From Candidatus Paceibacter sp. (GTDB lineage Bacteria; Patescibacteriota; Minisyncoccia; UBA6257; 02-FULL-45-10c): a stretch of 64,000 nucleotides of DNA. The notes below the pieces were generated by a model. That model ran no database searches and was not told the origin of the DNA. It was given only the letters and a program-made list of their open reading frames with translations. The stretch lies in NCBI GenBank assembly GCA_020724845.1, contig DYGE01000002.1, forward strand, positions 35,961 through 99,960, in the 5' to 3' direction. The stretch's first letter is position 1, and each line of letters begins with the position of its first letter. Below are positions 46,376-56,519 of this stretch, one piece after another. Both the position numbers and the translations under genes were made by a program.

Positions 46376-49300
46376 ATGAGGAAAATAGTAATTCTATCCA
46401 TTTTAATATTTCCTCTGAATGTCTTTGCTTACAGCGTGGGGACTCACGCTTTTTTAACTCAAGAACTGGTTGAATTTTATAATCAGCAATTTCCAGAGCG
46501 GCAGATCCCGGAAGAATTTGAAGATGAAATCATTGAGGGCTCTAGAAGAGAAGACGACTTAGTCCGTTGGATGAATCATTTTTATGACCCGGTCAACAAC
46601 CGCGGGCTTACCGCCGTTCCAGGTAATTGGCTTAGTTCTAAAGAGTGGTCCAGGAGCGCGGATGAGCAGGTTTCCGCTTTGTATAACCCGATTGTCAACA
46701 CCACTATCGCGGATTTACTGGCGGTTACTAATCCGATGGCTTTGCGTGAGACGGATTTCACTTGGGAGCGGGCCATTCAGGATTACGTCAAAGGGGACAG
46801 GGAAAGGGCCTTTCGCGCCCTCGGCCAAGTGCTTCATTTGATTGAAGACGCTTCGGTGCCGGACCACACCCGCAATGATCCGCACCCGGCTTTTGACGAC
46901 CACGACGCCTTGGGCACGGGGAGTCCCTACGAAATTTGGACTAAGAATTTTAATTTGAGCAGTCCGGATAATAATTTGCCGAACCGGCTTTCCGGTAAAA
47001 AACCGGTAATGCTTGGAAATCTGGAAGAATACTTTGATGGCCTGGCGACTTATTCCAATAATAATTTCTACAGTAAAGACACTATTGGTATGGGTGAATA
47101 TTCCTCTCCAGAGCCAACGTATATTTGGAGAGAAGAAAAAATATTCTATGGTTTTAGGAAGGATGAAGATGGTAATTATTACCATTTAGTTAGTTATAAA
47201 AATGATCCCAAAGATGTTTTATGGGCACAAAAGGGAAACTTAGATTTAAGAGATAAGCAGGGCGATAGAGTGCTAAACGACTACTGGAACCGTCTTTCGG
47301 TGAAATCCATCCAATATGGAGCAGGAGTTGTCAATTTATTTTTTAAAGAGGTTGAAAAAGCCCAAAAAGATCCTAATTTTGTAATTGAGGAACCGAAATC
47401 TTTATTTGCTCAAGCGGTAGAGGTTGTGGGCGGGTTTTTCAAAAATTTATTTCAGAATAATCAGGAAGAAGATTCCGGACTCAATTTGGTCGCAGAGATT
47501 GATTTGAACGATCAGGAAAATTCAGCTTCGCCGGAGAGGAGCGATAACCTTGCGCGGCCAGATGATCTTGTTGAAGAGCTTGTATCAGAGGAAGCCCTCG
47601 CCGATGAGCCAGAGGCGCAAGAATCGGAAGAAGCGTTAGACGAGGAATTGGAAGAGGCGCCAGAAGATGTTAATCAAGAAACTTTGGAGTTGGAAGAAGG
47701 GGCAGAAGCTGAAGAGGTCTTAGATCCGCCAACTCAAGAAAATTCAGCTGATAATTTTCAGGTATGCACTTTCGCGACTAGTCAATCCGCCAGCAGAAAT
47801 AAATTACTCATAAATGAAGTTGCCTGGGCCGGCACCGCCGAAAGCTCTTCAAATGAATGGATTGAGTTAAAAAATATTTCCGGCGGCGAGCTGGACATTT
47901 CCAACTGGCAGCTGCTGGATGAGGCTGAACAGATTAAGGTGACTTTCCCGTCTGGCACGAAAGTGGCGAGCGGGGGTTTTGTTCTCCTTGAAAGGACGGA
48001 TGATAATTCAGTCCCAGGCGTGGCGGCGGATATTATTTATACCGGAGCGCTTTCCAATAGCAACGAAGGCCTGCGCCTTTTTGATCCTAGCTGTCAGCTT
48101 ATTGACGAAGTTTCGGCAGATTCATCCTGGCCGGCCGGAGATAGCAGTACCAGGAGGACGATGGAGCGCTCTGCTGATCTAACCTGGCACACTTATAATG
48201 GCAGCGGCGAGAGCGGAATTTTTGGGACCCCGAAGAAAGAAAACAGCCAGTTGCCGACTACCAGCGGAGGATCTCCGTCTCCGGCGGAGAACGCGCAAGC
48301 GAGCGCCAATTTGAATATTCTTATCTCGGAAGCGCAAATAACCGGATCCGGCGGATCAAAAGACGAGTTTGTGGAATTATACAATCCCAACTCGGCTTCG
48401 GTAGATTTGACCGGCTGGTACGTAAAAAGGAAAAGCTCCAGCGGCAACGAATACAGCTTGGTTTCCGCCGGCAATCTTTCCGGGAAAACTATCCCGGCCA
48501 AGGGTTATTTCTTGCTGGCCCATCCGGATTACAGCGGTTCTGTCGCCGCTGATGTTACCTGGCCGTCTTCCTACGCGGTCTCGGCGGACAACACGGTCAT
48601 TTTATATAAATCAGACGGTTCGGTGTCCGATAAATTAGGATTCGGTTCGGCCGCCGACTATGAAACCAGCCCGTATTCGGATAATCCCGCTTCCGGCCAA
48701 ACGCTTTCCAGGGAATCTGAAAACGACACCGATAATAACGCCGCTGATTTTGAGCTGACCACGCCTTCTCCGAAAAATTCCAGCACTTCTGGCGGATTTC
48801 TCGCCATTCAGGCGGAAGCTGATTCTTCCAATCCGGCCAATCACCCGGTTATCAGCGAATTGTTTATCAATATGGCCGGTTCGGACGACCAAGAATTTAT
48901 TGAGATTTATAATCCGACCAGCCAGCAGGTTAGTTTGTCCGGATGGTCCCTGCAATACTTGAGCGGGGGAGCCAGCACTATGGCGCAAATCGCCAAGAAA
49001 AATTTTACTGACGGCGCCAGCGTCCAGCCGTTAAGTTACTATCTGATTGGAGTCGGTGGTTACAGCAGCAGTACTGCGGCCGACATGACTTGGAGCCAAT
49101 CATTGAATAACACCGGCGCCACGGTGTTTTTGGTTGCCAGTTCCTCCGGGCTGGCGTCCTTTGATAGCGATGAGATTATAGATAAAGTCGCCTACGGTTC
49201 CGCTTCCGGCGGGGAATTGCGCTCGGAAGGCGCCGCGGCTCTATTGCCGCCGGAAGGGCAGAGTTTAGAGCGAAAAGCTAATACTGATAATTCTTGCTTA

Positions 49301-51088
49301 TCTATTTTAGATGAGGAGAATAAATTTTCCGGCAATGCTTGCGATCGGGATAATAATTCCAAAGATTGGGAAGCGCAAAGCTTGCCTAATCCGCAGAACA
49401 GCCAAAGCTTTCCGGAGCCCCGGACAGCTCCGACGGCGCCTGACGATTTCAGCGCGGCATACGACTCACCGAATATGATTGTGAATTTGAGCTGGTCCCC
49501 GTCTCAAGATTACGCCAGCAGCTCTTCCGCCGTAAATTATGTTTTGAGTTATGCGACTTCCACCAACTCTCTTATCCAACTGGCGGAGGTAACGGCCACG
49601 ACTACGTATAGCGCCAGCATTAAAGAGGTCGGCATCGGCCACGCCTTTTCCATTACTGCTAAAGACAGAGATGGCTTGCCTTCCGCTTCCAGCAGCTCCG
49701 TCAGCTTAAATGTTCCTAGTCTGTATTCCAATTTTTCCTTCTATAAGGACACCCGCGCCGCTTCCAGCACTAAGTATTTGTTAGATTTCTACTATAATAA
49801 CTATCCTTTTGCGCCGGATGTGTACGATAACGGCGATGCTTGGAAAATTTTGGTGTTTTATTTAAACAGCGACGCTCCGGACGAGGTGGAATTGAACGCC
49901 GCCGGCAATTGGAATTTGGAGAATCCAGGCGTTGCTCTAGGGGTTGCTTATGGAAATTGCGCCAGCGGAAATGAAAACCGCTACTCTTTGATTTTGCCGG
50001 ACACTTCCGCGCGCTGCAGCAATGGCGGAGGCGTGGAGAATGAGGCGATGCATTGGGATAACCTGGAAGACCTTCATTTATTAGTTGAGCTCTCAACGAC
50101 TACCGCGGACGCCACTTTCACGAATCAGGATTTTGTGACGGTCGGCGCTTACTCGCTGCAAAGTTCCGGCGGCGGAGATCAAAAATTCAAATTGGCGGCT
50201 TTGGATAGGACTAAGCGTTATTTCCAGAGCGATACTCCCGCGCATCAGTCTCCGGATATGCCGGATAATTTCGAATTAAGCTTCAATCAGAGCAGCTCTC
50301 TGCTTCGGATCATCTGGGACAGGTCTCGCGACGGAGATACTTTGGATTCGCTGATAGATTATGAAATTAAATACACAACCGGAGATCTTGATAGCGCCAG
50401 CTGGATTGACGCTCCGGAAGTCAGCCCCGACTCCGGTGAGAATTCGGAGATAGGCGGACGGCCGTTTACTAAAATTTCCGTTGAGTCCGATACGCTTTAT
50501 AACCTCGCTGTCAGGGCCAAAGATGATTTTGGAAATTACTCCGTGGCGACCACTACCTCTTACCAAGTTCCGGAAATAGCTCCGCCTTACGGAATTTCCA
50601 ATATTCAATGGGGGTATATAAATTCTTCTTCCACTATTGAAATATCTTTTAGCGCCAATGCCTATCCGTTTATGACCGCCGGCAATTCCAGCGCCATTCT
50701 CTTTTTCTTGAATCAGTCGCCGCCAAGCAGTTATTCTTTTTCAAATTCCAGCGACCGCTGGGCGATTGGCGGCTCAAATAAGGTATTGAAGCTCAAATAC
50801 AGCACTTGCCAATACGGAGTAGATGAATTGCTGGGCGGCTTACTGATGCACAACAGCGACCAATGCCCTAATGGCGGCAGCGGACTAAAGAAAAACGCGG
50901 TCAGAAATGATTTGGCCAGCGGCCAGACCAGCTTCGGAGTTGAGGTGATTGGCGTTTTGGAAAACGAAGGATCGGCTTCTCATACCTTTAGCGCCGATGA
51001 CTACCTGACCATGGGCTTTTACGAGCTCCAAGGGAATTCTTTCCAGGCGGTCTCAAGCCATAACGAGAAAATTTATTTTTCGGAATAG
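46376..51088 (+). CDS. Giant secreted protein: N-terminal zinc-dependent phospholipase C (Zn_dep_PLPC/P1-nuclease-fold) domain, three lamin-tail domains (LTD), FN3-like modules
   Basis: Signal peptide MRKIVILSILIFPLNVFAYSV. The PLC-like motifs are ..GTHAFLT.., HFYDPVNNRG (compare B. cereus PLC HFYDPDNGK) and LGQVLHLIEDASVPDHTRND (compare LGLSLHYLGDVNQPMHA). The three LTD repeats begin LLINEVAWAGT..EWIELKNISGGELDISNWQL, ILISEAQITGSGGSKDEFVELYNPNSASVDLTGWYV and VISELFINMAGSDDQEFIEIYNPTSQQVSLSGWSL. Ser/Thr-rich FN3-like regions follow. Confidence 0.7.
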   Translation: MRKIVILSILIFPLNVFAYSVGTHAFLTQELVEFYNQQFPERQIPEEFEDEIIEGSRREDDLVRWMNHFYDPVNNRGLTAVPGNWLSSKEWSRSADEQVSALYNPIVNTTIADLLAVTNPMALRETDFTWERAIQDYVKGDRERAFRALGQVLHLIEDASVPDHTRNDPHPAFDDHDALGTGSPYEIWTKNFNLSSPDNNLPNRLSGKKPVMLGNLEEYFDGLATYSNNNFYSKDTIGMGEYSSPEPTYIWREEKIFYGFRKDEDGNYYHLVSYKNDPKDVLWAQKGNLDLRDKQGDRVLNDYWNRLSVKSIQYGAGVVNLFFKEVEKAQKDPNFVIEEPKSLFAQAVEVVGGFFKNLFQNNQEEDSGLNLVAEIDLNDQENSASPERSDNLARPDDLVEELVSEEALADEPEAQESEEALDEELEEAPEDVNQETLELEEGAEAEEVLDPPTQENSADNFQVCTFATSQSASRNKLLINEVAWAGTAESSSNEWIELKNISGGELDISNWQLLDEAEQIKVTFPSGTKVASGGFVLLERTDDNSVPGVAADIIYTGALSNSNEGLRLFDPSCQLIDEVSADSSWPAGDSSTRRTMERSADLTWHTYNGSGESGIFGTPKKENSQLPTTSGGSPSPAENAQASANLNILISEAQITGSGGSKDEFVELYNPNSASVDLTGWYVKRKSSSGNEYSLVSAGNLSGKTIPAKGYFLLAHPDYSGSVAADVTWPSSYAVSADNTVILYKSDGSVSDKLGFGSAADYETSPYSDNPASGQTLSRESENDTDNNAADFELTTPSPKNSSTSGGFLAIQAEADSSNPANHPVISELFINMAGSDDQEFIEIYNPTSQQVSLSGWSLQYLSGGASTMAQIAKKNFTDGASVQPLSYYLIGVGGYSSSTAADMTWSQSLNNTGATVFLVASSSGLASFDSDEIIDKVAYGSASGGELRSEGAAALLPPEGQSLERKANTDNSCLSILDEENKFSGNACDRDNNSKDWEAQSLPNPQNSQSFPEPRTAPTAPDDFSAAYDSPNMIVNLSWSPSQDYASSSSAVNYVLSYATSTNSLIQLAEVTATTTYSASIKEVGIGHAFSITAKDRDGLPSASSSSVSLNVPSLYSNFSFYKDTRAASSTKYLLDFYYNNYPFAPDVYDNGDAWKILVFYLNSDAPDEVELNAAGNWNLENPGVALGVAYGNCASGNENRYSLILPDTSARCSNGGGVENEAMHWDNLEDLHLLVELSTTTADATFTNQDFVTVGAYSLQSSGGGDQKFKLAALDRTKRYFQSDTPAHQSPDMPDNFELSFNQSSSLLRIIWDRSRDGDTLDSLIDYEIKYTTGDLDSASWIDAPEVSPDSGENSEIGGRPFTKISVESDTLYNLAVRAKDDFGNYSVATTTSYQVPEIAPPYGISNIQWGYINSSSTIEISFSANAYPFMTAGNSSAILFFLNQSPPSSYSFSNSSDRWAIGGSNKVLKLKYSTCQYGVDELLGGLLMHNSDQCPNGGSGLKKNAVRNDLASGQTSFGVEVIGVLENEGSASHTFSADDYLTMGFYELQGNSFQAVSSHNEKIYFSE

Positions 51089-51102
51089 TTAGATAAGAAG
51101 GT

Positions 51103-51130
51103 TTGACTTTCCAAAAATTTCTGCTAGAAT
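51103..51130 (+). promoter_or_regulatory. Sigma70-like promoter candidate (TTGACT-16-TAGAAT)
   Basis: TTGACT at 51103-51108, a 16-nt spacer and TAGAAT at 51125-51130, ~40 bp upstream of the ORF at 51170. Confidence 0.45.
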
Positions 51131-51169
51131 AACCACATTCTGATCTTTGAACTGTAAATGGAGTTCTGA

Positions 51170-51652
51170 ATGAGCGGTTGGCTGATGGCGTTTCTGATCC
51201 TGGCAGGCCTTGCGCTGCTTACCGGGACACTCTGGTTTGTCGGAAGAGTCTATCATGATGTCACTGAAGTAACTTCAAGCGGCATTCATATAGTAAGATG
51301 GACCGGCGTCCTGACATTTATGGAATATGTCTCTAACAAAGAAAGGGGGTATGAGATTTTCCGAGAACAATCTCTTTTGGCCGCTTTGGTTCTGAAGCGT
51401 TCGGCGCCTCCTTCCAAAGACCCGCCTTGGCAGATCTCCGTCCAAGATTTTCAAGCCGGATCCCAATTGGAGATTGCTCCGTTCTCAAAGGGCAAGAATG
51501 ACCAGGTTTCAGTAGTGCGCAGAACTGAAGGCTTTCTTATGGCCACTGCAGAGCCGAGAAGCAAGTATAAAGATTTGATTACGGCAGCTAATCAGCTGGA
51601 TGTGGAAATTAAAAGGAGATTTAATCCCATCATCGAAGATGCCCTGAAGTAA
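51170..51652 (+). CDS. Hypothetical membrane-anchored protein
   Basis: 160 aa with an N-terminal TM (WLMAFLILAGLALLTGTLWFVG) and no motif recognised. Confidence 0.45.
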   Translation: MSGWLMAFLILAGLALLTGTLWFVGRVYHDVTEVTSSGIHIVRWTGVLTFMEYVSNKERGYEIFREQSLLAALVLKRSAPPSKDPPWQISVQDFQAGSQLEIAPFSKGKNDQVSVVRRTEGFLMATAEPRSKYKDLITAANQLDVEIKRRFNPIIEDALK

Positions 51653-51654
51653 AC

Positions 51655-51681
51655 AAAGCAGCGCTTTAGCGCTGCTTTTTT
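51655..51681. terminator. Bidirectional rho-independent terminator between convergent genes
   Basis: aagcagcgc-ttta-gcgctgctt hairpin flanked by an A-run (5') and a T-run (3'), between the + gene ending at 51652 and the - gene ending at 51680. Confidence 0.7.
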
Positions 51682-52546
51682 AATAGTTGAGAGGACAGTT
51701 TACAATCAAACTCTCCACCATTTTTGCCTGCTTGTCTTTCGCGGCTTCAGAGCCGCTCTCTCTATTTTGTATTCTCTTCTGAACCTCGTCTCCCTCAATG
51801 CCGTGTTTCAGCGATTTAATGCTTAGTTCCCGGTGGATGCCACCCTCCCGGATATCCAGCCGCTTGCTTATAAAATCTAAAATTTTAACAAATGATCCTG
51901 ACTCCAGCATTTGCTTGTGTTGATCGCTTGCTGGAACCCCAAGTTTGTTTAAGGCCAGATGCTCATCTTCATGGGCTATCACCCCATAGAAATAAGCTTC
52001 CTGTTCCAGGTAGCTGAAACTGATAAAGTTGCGCCGATAATATCTTTCATATGACGCAAGCCATTCGTAGATTTCTAGTGGATAGATTTCCGCTCGGTAA
52101 TGACCGAAGAAAGCGCGCCCGAAAACTTTTCCATCGTCATTCTCTATCCTCTTTTTGTCTTTTTTACACTGTTTGATTTTCTTTTTATCTTGATATTGGC
52201 TGCAATCCTCTCTTAGAAATCGCCATTCCGCCTCAACGTATTCCTTGTAAATTTCATCATAATCTCTCCCGAGCATTTCTTCCGCTTTTTCTTCAAGTTC
52301 TTTTCTGTCTTCCAGGCAGTCCTCTTTACGCGAGCCTTTATATCCGGAACAGTCTTTTCTGACTAATTTTCTGTAAATATCTTCTTCTAAGAAGGCAATT
52401 TCCGGCATTGGCGTTTTTGGGTCAAGCCTATGCACCCTGACCACTTCTTGCCAGATGTCCCTAATCAGCGGTTCGTCAATTTCCTTTTCCCAGCATCCTG
52501 CTAGCGGCAAAAGGAGTATCAGAAGTAATAGTTTTTTAAGGTTCAA
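51680..52546 (-). CDS. Putative lipoprotein with HExxH zinc-metallopeptidase-like motif
   Basis: Lipobox-like signal MNLKKLLLLILLLPLAGCW, an HEDEH (HExxH) motif at ..GVIAHEDEHLALN.., and Cys/Glu/Lys-rich repeats. Confidence 0.4.
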   Translation of the reverse strand: MNLKKLLLLILLLPLAGCWEKEIDEPLIRDIWQEVVRVHRLDPKTPMPEIAFLEEDIYRKLVRKDCSGYKGSRKEDCLEDRKELEEKAEEMLGRDYDEIYKEYVEAEWRFLREDCSQYQDKKKIKQCKKDKKRIENDDGKVFGRAFFGHYRAEIYPLEIYEWLASYERYYRRNFISFSYLEQEAYFYGVIAHEDEHLALNKLGVPASDQHKQMLESGSFVKILDFISKRLDIREGGIHRELSIKSLKHGIEGDEVQKRIQNRESGSEAAKDKQAKMVESLIVNCPLNY

Positions 52547-52633
52547 ACTAACCCCCTTGGAGAATTAGCTTACTTTCAATATACCACTATCGCGGTTTAT
52601 TTTTCCAACGGATTACTTTACATTAAAAGAATC

Positions 52634-53119
52634 ATGATCGTTATATTGGATAATATACGAAGCTTATATAATGTAGGTTCTATTTTCAGAACAGCGGACG
52701 CCGCCGGAGTTGAGAAAATCTACTTATGCGGCATCACGCCGGAGCCGATAGACCGATTCGGCAGAATCAGGCCGCAGCTCGCCAAGGTTTCTTTAGGCGC
52801 GGAGAAAACTGTTTCTTGGGAAAAATGTCCTTCCTCGGCTCGGCTGATAAGCAAGCTTAAAAAAGAAGGATACAAAATTTACGCCGTAGAGCAGTCAAAG
52901 AATTCCATCCCGTATTACACCCCGCGCCCTAAGCCCTCCGCCCTGGAGCGAAGCGTTTTTATTTTCGGCAACGAAGTCAAAGGAATCTCGGAATCAGTTT
53001 TAGCTAAAACGGACAAAATTTTAGAAATTCCTATGCATGGGAAGAAAGAATCGCTAAACGTGTCCGTTGCCGCTGGGATTATTCTATTTCATTTCAAGCA
53101 ATTCGCCGGCAAGCGGTAA
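52634..53119 (+). CDS. SpoU/TrmH-family RNA 2'-O-methyltransferase (TrmL-like)
   Basis: IVILDNIRSLYNVGSIFRTADAAGVEKIYLCG..IFGNEVKGIS..LNVSVAAGIIL are SPOUT motifs; 161 aa. Confidence 0.85.
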   Translation: MIVILDNIRSLYNVGSIFRTADAAGVEKIYLCGITPEPIDRFGRIRPQLAKVSLGAEKTVSWEKCPSSARLISKLKKEGYKIYAVEQSKNSIPYYTPRPKPSALERSVFIFGNEVKGISESVLAKTDKILEIPMHGKKESLNVSVAAGIILFHFKQFAGKR

Positions 53120-53147
53120 TTGCCTGAATTTGTTATAATTTAAGGTA

Positions 53148-54671
53148 ATGAGAATTTTTAGCGCAAAACCACAGATGAAGGTTCTTTTTGTCGCGTCTGA
53201 AGGCGCGCCCTTTATAAAGGCGGGCGGATTGGGAGAGGTTATGTTCTCTTTGCCGCGGGCTATGCGTGATTTGGGCCATGACGCCCGGGTAATGATTCCT
53301 CGCTACGCCGGTATTGATCAGGAAAAATTTGAGTTGAAGATGGAGCATGAGAATCTTATGGTTCCGACCGGGGCGGAAGATCCGCAGCAGCCGGAAAGCC
53401 TGGTTTGCAATGTTAAAAGGTTTGATGAGCGTTCGGACGATCGTTCTCCGGTAACTACCTATTTTCTGGAGAATCAGGAGTATTACGAGAATAGAGCTAA
53501 TGTTTACGGCTATGGAGACGACGCGGTTCGCTGGGCGCTGCTGGGGCGCGGAGTGATAGAGTTTTTGCGCTCGTCCAAGTGGGTTCCCGACGTATTGGTA
53601 GCCGCTGACTGGCAAGCGGCCTTTGCCATCAATTTTTTGAAAACCTCGTATAAAGATGACGATAAATTGAAAAAAATAGCCACTGTATTTTCCATTCATA
53701 ATATTTCCTATCAGGGAATGTTTGACTACCGGTTTGTTTCAGAGATGGATTACGATGACGGCCGTTCGGCTATTCCTTCTTTTTACGATCCGCGCCTTTT
53801 GAAATTGAATATGATGCGGCGAGGAATATTGTACGCGGACATTATTAATACCGTTTCGCCGACCTACGCCAAAGAAATTATGACCGAAGAGTACGGAGAG
53901 CTGTTGCAGGATCTTCTGAAAGAAAGGCGTTCGGTGGTTTATGGGATTCTCAATGGGATTGATTATGAAACTGTCAATCCGGAAACTGATCAGAACTTAG
54001 CGGCCGCTTACAGCGCTCGGGAACTTGAAAAGCGCAGGAAGAACAAAGCCCAACTGCAGGAACGATTCGGCCTTCCGGTTGATGAGGATAAATTCGTCAT
54101 TGGCATAGTATCTCGATTGGACAGCCAAAAGGGCTTTGATCTTTTATTCAAAACTTTGCGCCCTTTGGTAAAGCAGCTGGATTTTGACTTGGTGGTTGTC
54201 GGAGGGGGCGATGCCACCTACATGACTTTTTTTGACGAAGCAAGCAAAGAGTTCCCTCAAAACATTGCCGCGCACATCAGTTTTGACCTTATTTTGCCGC
54301 GCCTGATTTTCGGGGGCGCTGACGCGCTTCTGATTCCCTCCCGTTTTGAGCCGTCCGGATTAACGCAGATGGAAGCTATGCGTTATGGAGTGGTGCCGAT
54401 TGTCAGGAGAACCGGCGGGTTGGCGGATACGGTGGAGGATTACAATCCCGAGGAAAATACCGGCACCGGGTTTGTTTTTGACGAGTTTGACGAGACGGCG
54501 CTTACTATCGCTATTACCAGGGCTTACGTAAACTATCGGCACAAGAAGGTTTGGCGGGGGATCCAGGAGCGGGCAATGAGGAAAGACTTTTCCTGGAAAC
54601 ATTCCGCGAGCGAATATCTTAAGCTTTTTGAGAGGGCCCTGGCGATTAAGAAAGAAGAACAGGCGAATTAA
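53148..54671 (+). CDS. glgA: Glycogen (starch) synthase
   Basis: MKVLFVASEGAPFIKAGGLGEVMFSLPRAM (K-x-GGL motif) with a GT5-type layout; 507 aa. Confidence 0.88.
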   Translation: MRIFSAKPQMKVLFVASEGAPFIKAGGLGEVMFSLPRAMRDLGHDARVMIPRYAGIDQEKFELKMEHENLMVPTGAEDPQQPESLVCNVKRFDERSDDRSPVTTYFLENQEYYENRANVYGYGDDAVRWALLGRGVIEFLRSSKWVPDVLVAADWQAAFAINFLKTSYKDDDKLKKIATVFSIHNISYQGMFDYRFVSEMDYDDGRSAIPSFYDPRLLKLNMMRRGILYADIINTVSPTYAKEIMTEEYGELLQDLLKERRSVVYGILNGIDYETVNPETDQNLAAAYSARELEKRRKNKAQLQERFGLPVDEDKFVIGIVSRLDSQKGFDLLFKTLRPLVKQLDFDLVVVGGGDATYMTFFDEASKEFPQNIAAHISFDLILPRLIFGGADALLIPSRFEPSGLTQMEAMRYGVVPIVRRTGGLADTVEDYNPEENTGTGFVFDEFDETALTIAITRAYVNYRHKKVWRGIQERAMRKDFSWKHSASEYLKLFERALAIKKEEQAN

Positions 54672-54705
54672 ATTTCTGAATATAGAAATTTAATTTTTTA
54701 CAATT

Positions 54706-56058
54706 ATGCATTGGGCCAATTTTTTACATATTTACCAACCGCCGACCCAGAAGGAGGTGTGGGTGAGAAGGATAACTAAAGAATCATACAGGAAAATATT
54801 TTCGGGCTTATTGGACATTCCCCAGGCTCGTTTGACTATTAATATTAACGGCGTTCTTTGCGAATTGCTGGAGAAATACGGCGGCCAGGATGTTTTGGAT
54901 GACATAAATAGGCTTCTTAAAAGAGGAAGTATTGAAATTACCGGCAGCGCGAAATATCACGCTTTCCTGCCACTTTTGCCGGAAGAAGAAATTGAGCGGC
55001 AGATCAAGCTTAATGAGGAATCGCTCAATAAATATTTTGGCTCCAGTTGGAAAAAAGATGGATTTTTCAGCCCGGAGATGGCCTATTCTTACAAGGTTGC
55101 GAAAGCGGCTAAGAAATTGGGATACAAATGGATTGTTATGGATGAGTTAGGGTTTCCCGAAGCCAAGCCGTCTACAGATACCATTTACAAGATTCAGGGC
55201 TTGGACGATTTTTCAGTTTTCTTTCGAGAGAGGAATTTTTCTTTCATCATCTTATCCGCCCAGGCCGGTTCCGTGCCGACAATCTTGAGATATTTGGGAG
55301 ATAGGCTGGAAAAAGAAGAGTACATTGTTACGGCCATGGACGGAGAAACTTTCGGACACCACCGTCCCGGCCTGGAGATGCTCCTTTTTGACGTCTTGAA
55401 AGAGGGAAAATTGAACACGGTAATGATCAGCGATCTGCCGGGCAAATTTTCCAAAACAGAGGTTATTGAACCGAGAGAATCCACCTGGGCGGTGACCAAA
55501 AGAAACATGAAAGAAGGGCAGCCATTTGCGCGCTGGAAGAATAATGAAAATATAATTCAGCAAAAACAATGGGAGTTGACGGACCTGGCGATTGCGGTGG
55601 TTAATCGAGATAAAGGGGAAGAAACCAGGGAATTACTTGATCGGGCTTTGCACTCCGATCAGTATTGGTGGTCTTCAGCCAGGCCATGGTGGAGTTTGGA
55701 AATGATTGAGCGCGGCGCTTTTGAGTTGAAATCGCTGATTTTACTTTCTAAATCCGCGACTAAAGAGGAGCGCCAGCAAGCCGAATCTCTGTATAAGGAA
55801 ATAATCTATACCGGCTTTGATTGGCAGAGGACCGGAAAAGTTGATGAAATCACCCGGCAGGAGAATGAAGAGATCGCCGGCCGGCTGGATGAAAAAGAAA
55901 AATTGTTTGTTACCCAAGAAGAATACCGGCAGATGATTAAAACTTTGCGTGAGCAGATGGAACTTTCCGCGCAGACAAAAGAATATAGCCGAGCGGCTAT
56001 GATTCAGGATAGAATCAGAGAGCTGGAGGAAGAAATGAAAAAATCACCAAACCAATAA
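54706..56058 (+). CDS. Glycoside hydrolase family 57 protein (alpha-glucan branching/amylase type)
   Basis: ..HIYQPP.. N-terminal motif and ..AMDGETFGHH.. catalytic-region motif typical of GH57. It lies adjacent to glgA. Confidence 0.6.
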   Translation: MHWANFLHIYQPPTQKEVWVRRITKESYRKIFSGLLDIPQARLTININGVLCELLEKYGGQDVLDDINRLLKRGSIEITGSAKYHAFLPLLPEEEIERQIKLNEESLNKYFGSSWKKDGFFSPEMAYSYKVAKAAKKLGYKWIVMDELGFPEAKPSTDTIYKIQGLDDFSVFFRERNFSFIILSAQAGSVPTILRYLGDRLEKEEYIVTAMDGETFGHHRPGLEMLLFDVLKEGKLNTVMISDLPGKFSKTEVIEPRESTWAVTKRNMKEGQPFARWKNNENIIQQKQWELTDLAIAVVNRDKGEETRELLDRALHSDQYWWSSARPWWSLEMIERGAFELKSLILLSKSATKEERQQAESLYKEIIYTGFDWQRTGKVDEITRQENEEIAGRLDEKEKLFVTQEEYRQMIKTLREQMELSAQTKEYSRAAMIQDRIRELEEEMKKSPNQ

Positions 56059-56067
56059 TTCAATTCT

Positions 56068-56517
56068 ATGAAGAATATCTTAGTTGCTTCTTCGCTCTTT
56101 GTGATTTTGGTGACGGCTGGGCTCGTTTATAATCTCTTAACTCGGAAAGAGCCGGCGCTTAAAGAATTAAGAATTGGCGAGCATCTTTTTAAAGTTGAGA
56201 TAGCTGATACTCCGGCCGCCCAGGCTAGGGGGCTTTCCGGCCGGCTGCGCCTGCCGGAGGATCGGGGCATGCTTTTTATTTTTAATAATCTTTCCATGCA
56301 GAGCTTCTGGATGGTGGGGATGCGCTTTCCTTTAGATATCATTTGGATTAGCGGCGATCGTATTGTTGGCATTTCGGACAATTTATTGCCGGCGGCGGTG
56401 ACCGGAACCAGGACTTACGCCCCGCCGGAACCGATTGATAAAGTTTTGGAAATTAACGCCGGCTTAGCCGAAAAATTAGGCATCAGGATAGGCGATTTAG
56501 TGGAAATCCCAAGATAA
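56068..56517 (+). CDS. DUF192-family protein (COG1430-like), secreted or membrane-anchored
   Basis: N-terminal TM plus ..MRFPLDIIWISGDRIVGI.., resembling the conserved DUF192 core. Confidence 0.45.
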   Translation: MKNILVASSLFVILVTAGLVYNLLTRKEPALKELRIGEHLFKVEIADTPAAQARGLSGRLRLPEDRGMLFIFNNLSMQSFWMVGMRFPLDIIWISGDRIVGISDNLLPAAVTGTRTYAPPEPIDKVLEINAGLAEKLGIRIGDLVEIPR

Positions 56518-56519
56518 AA

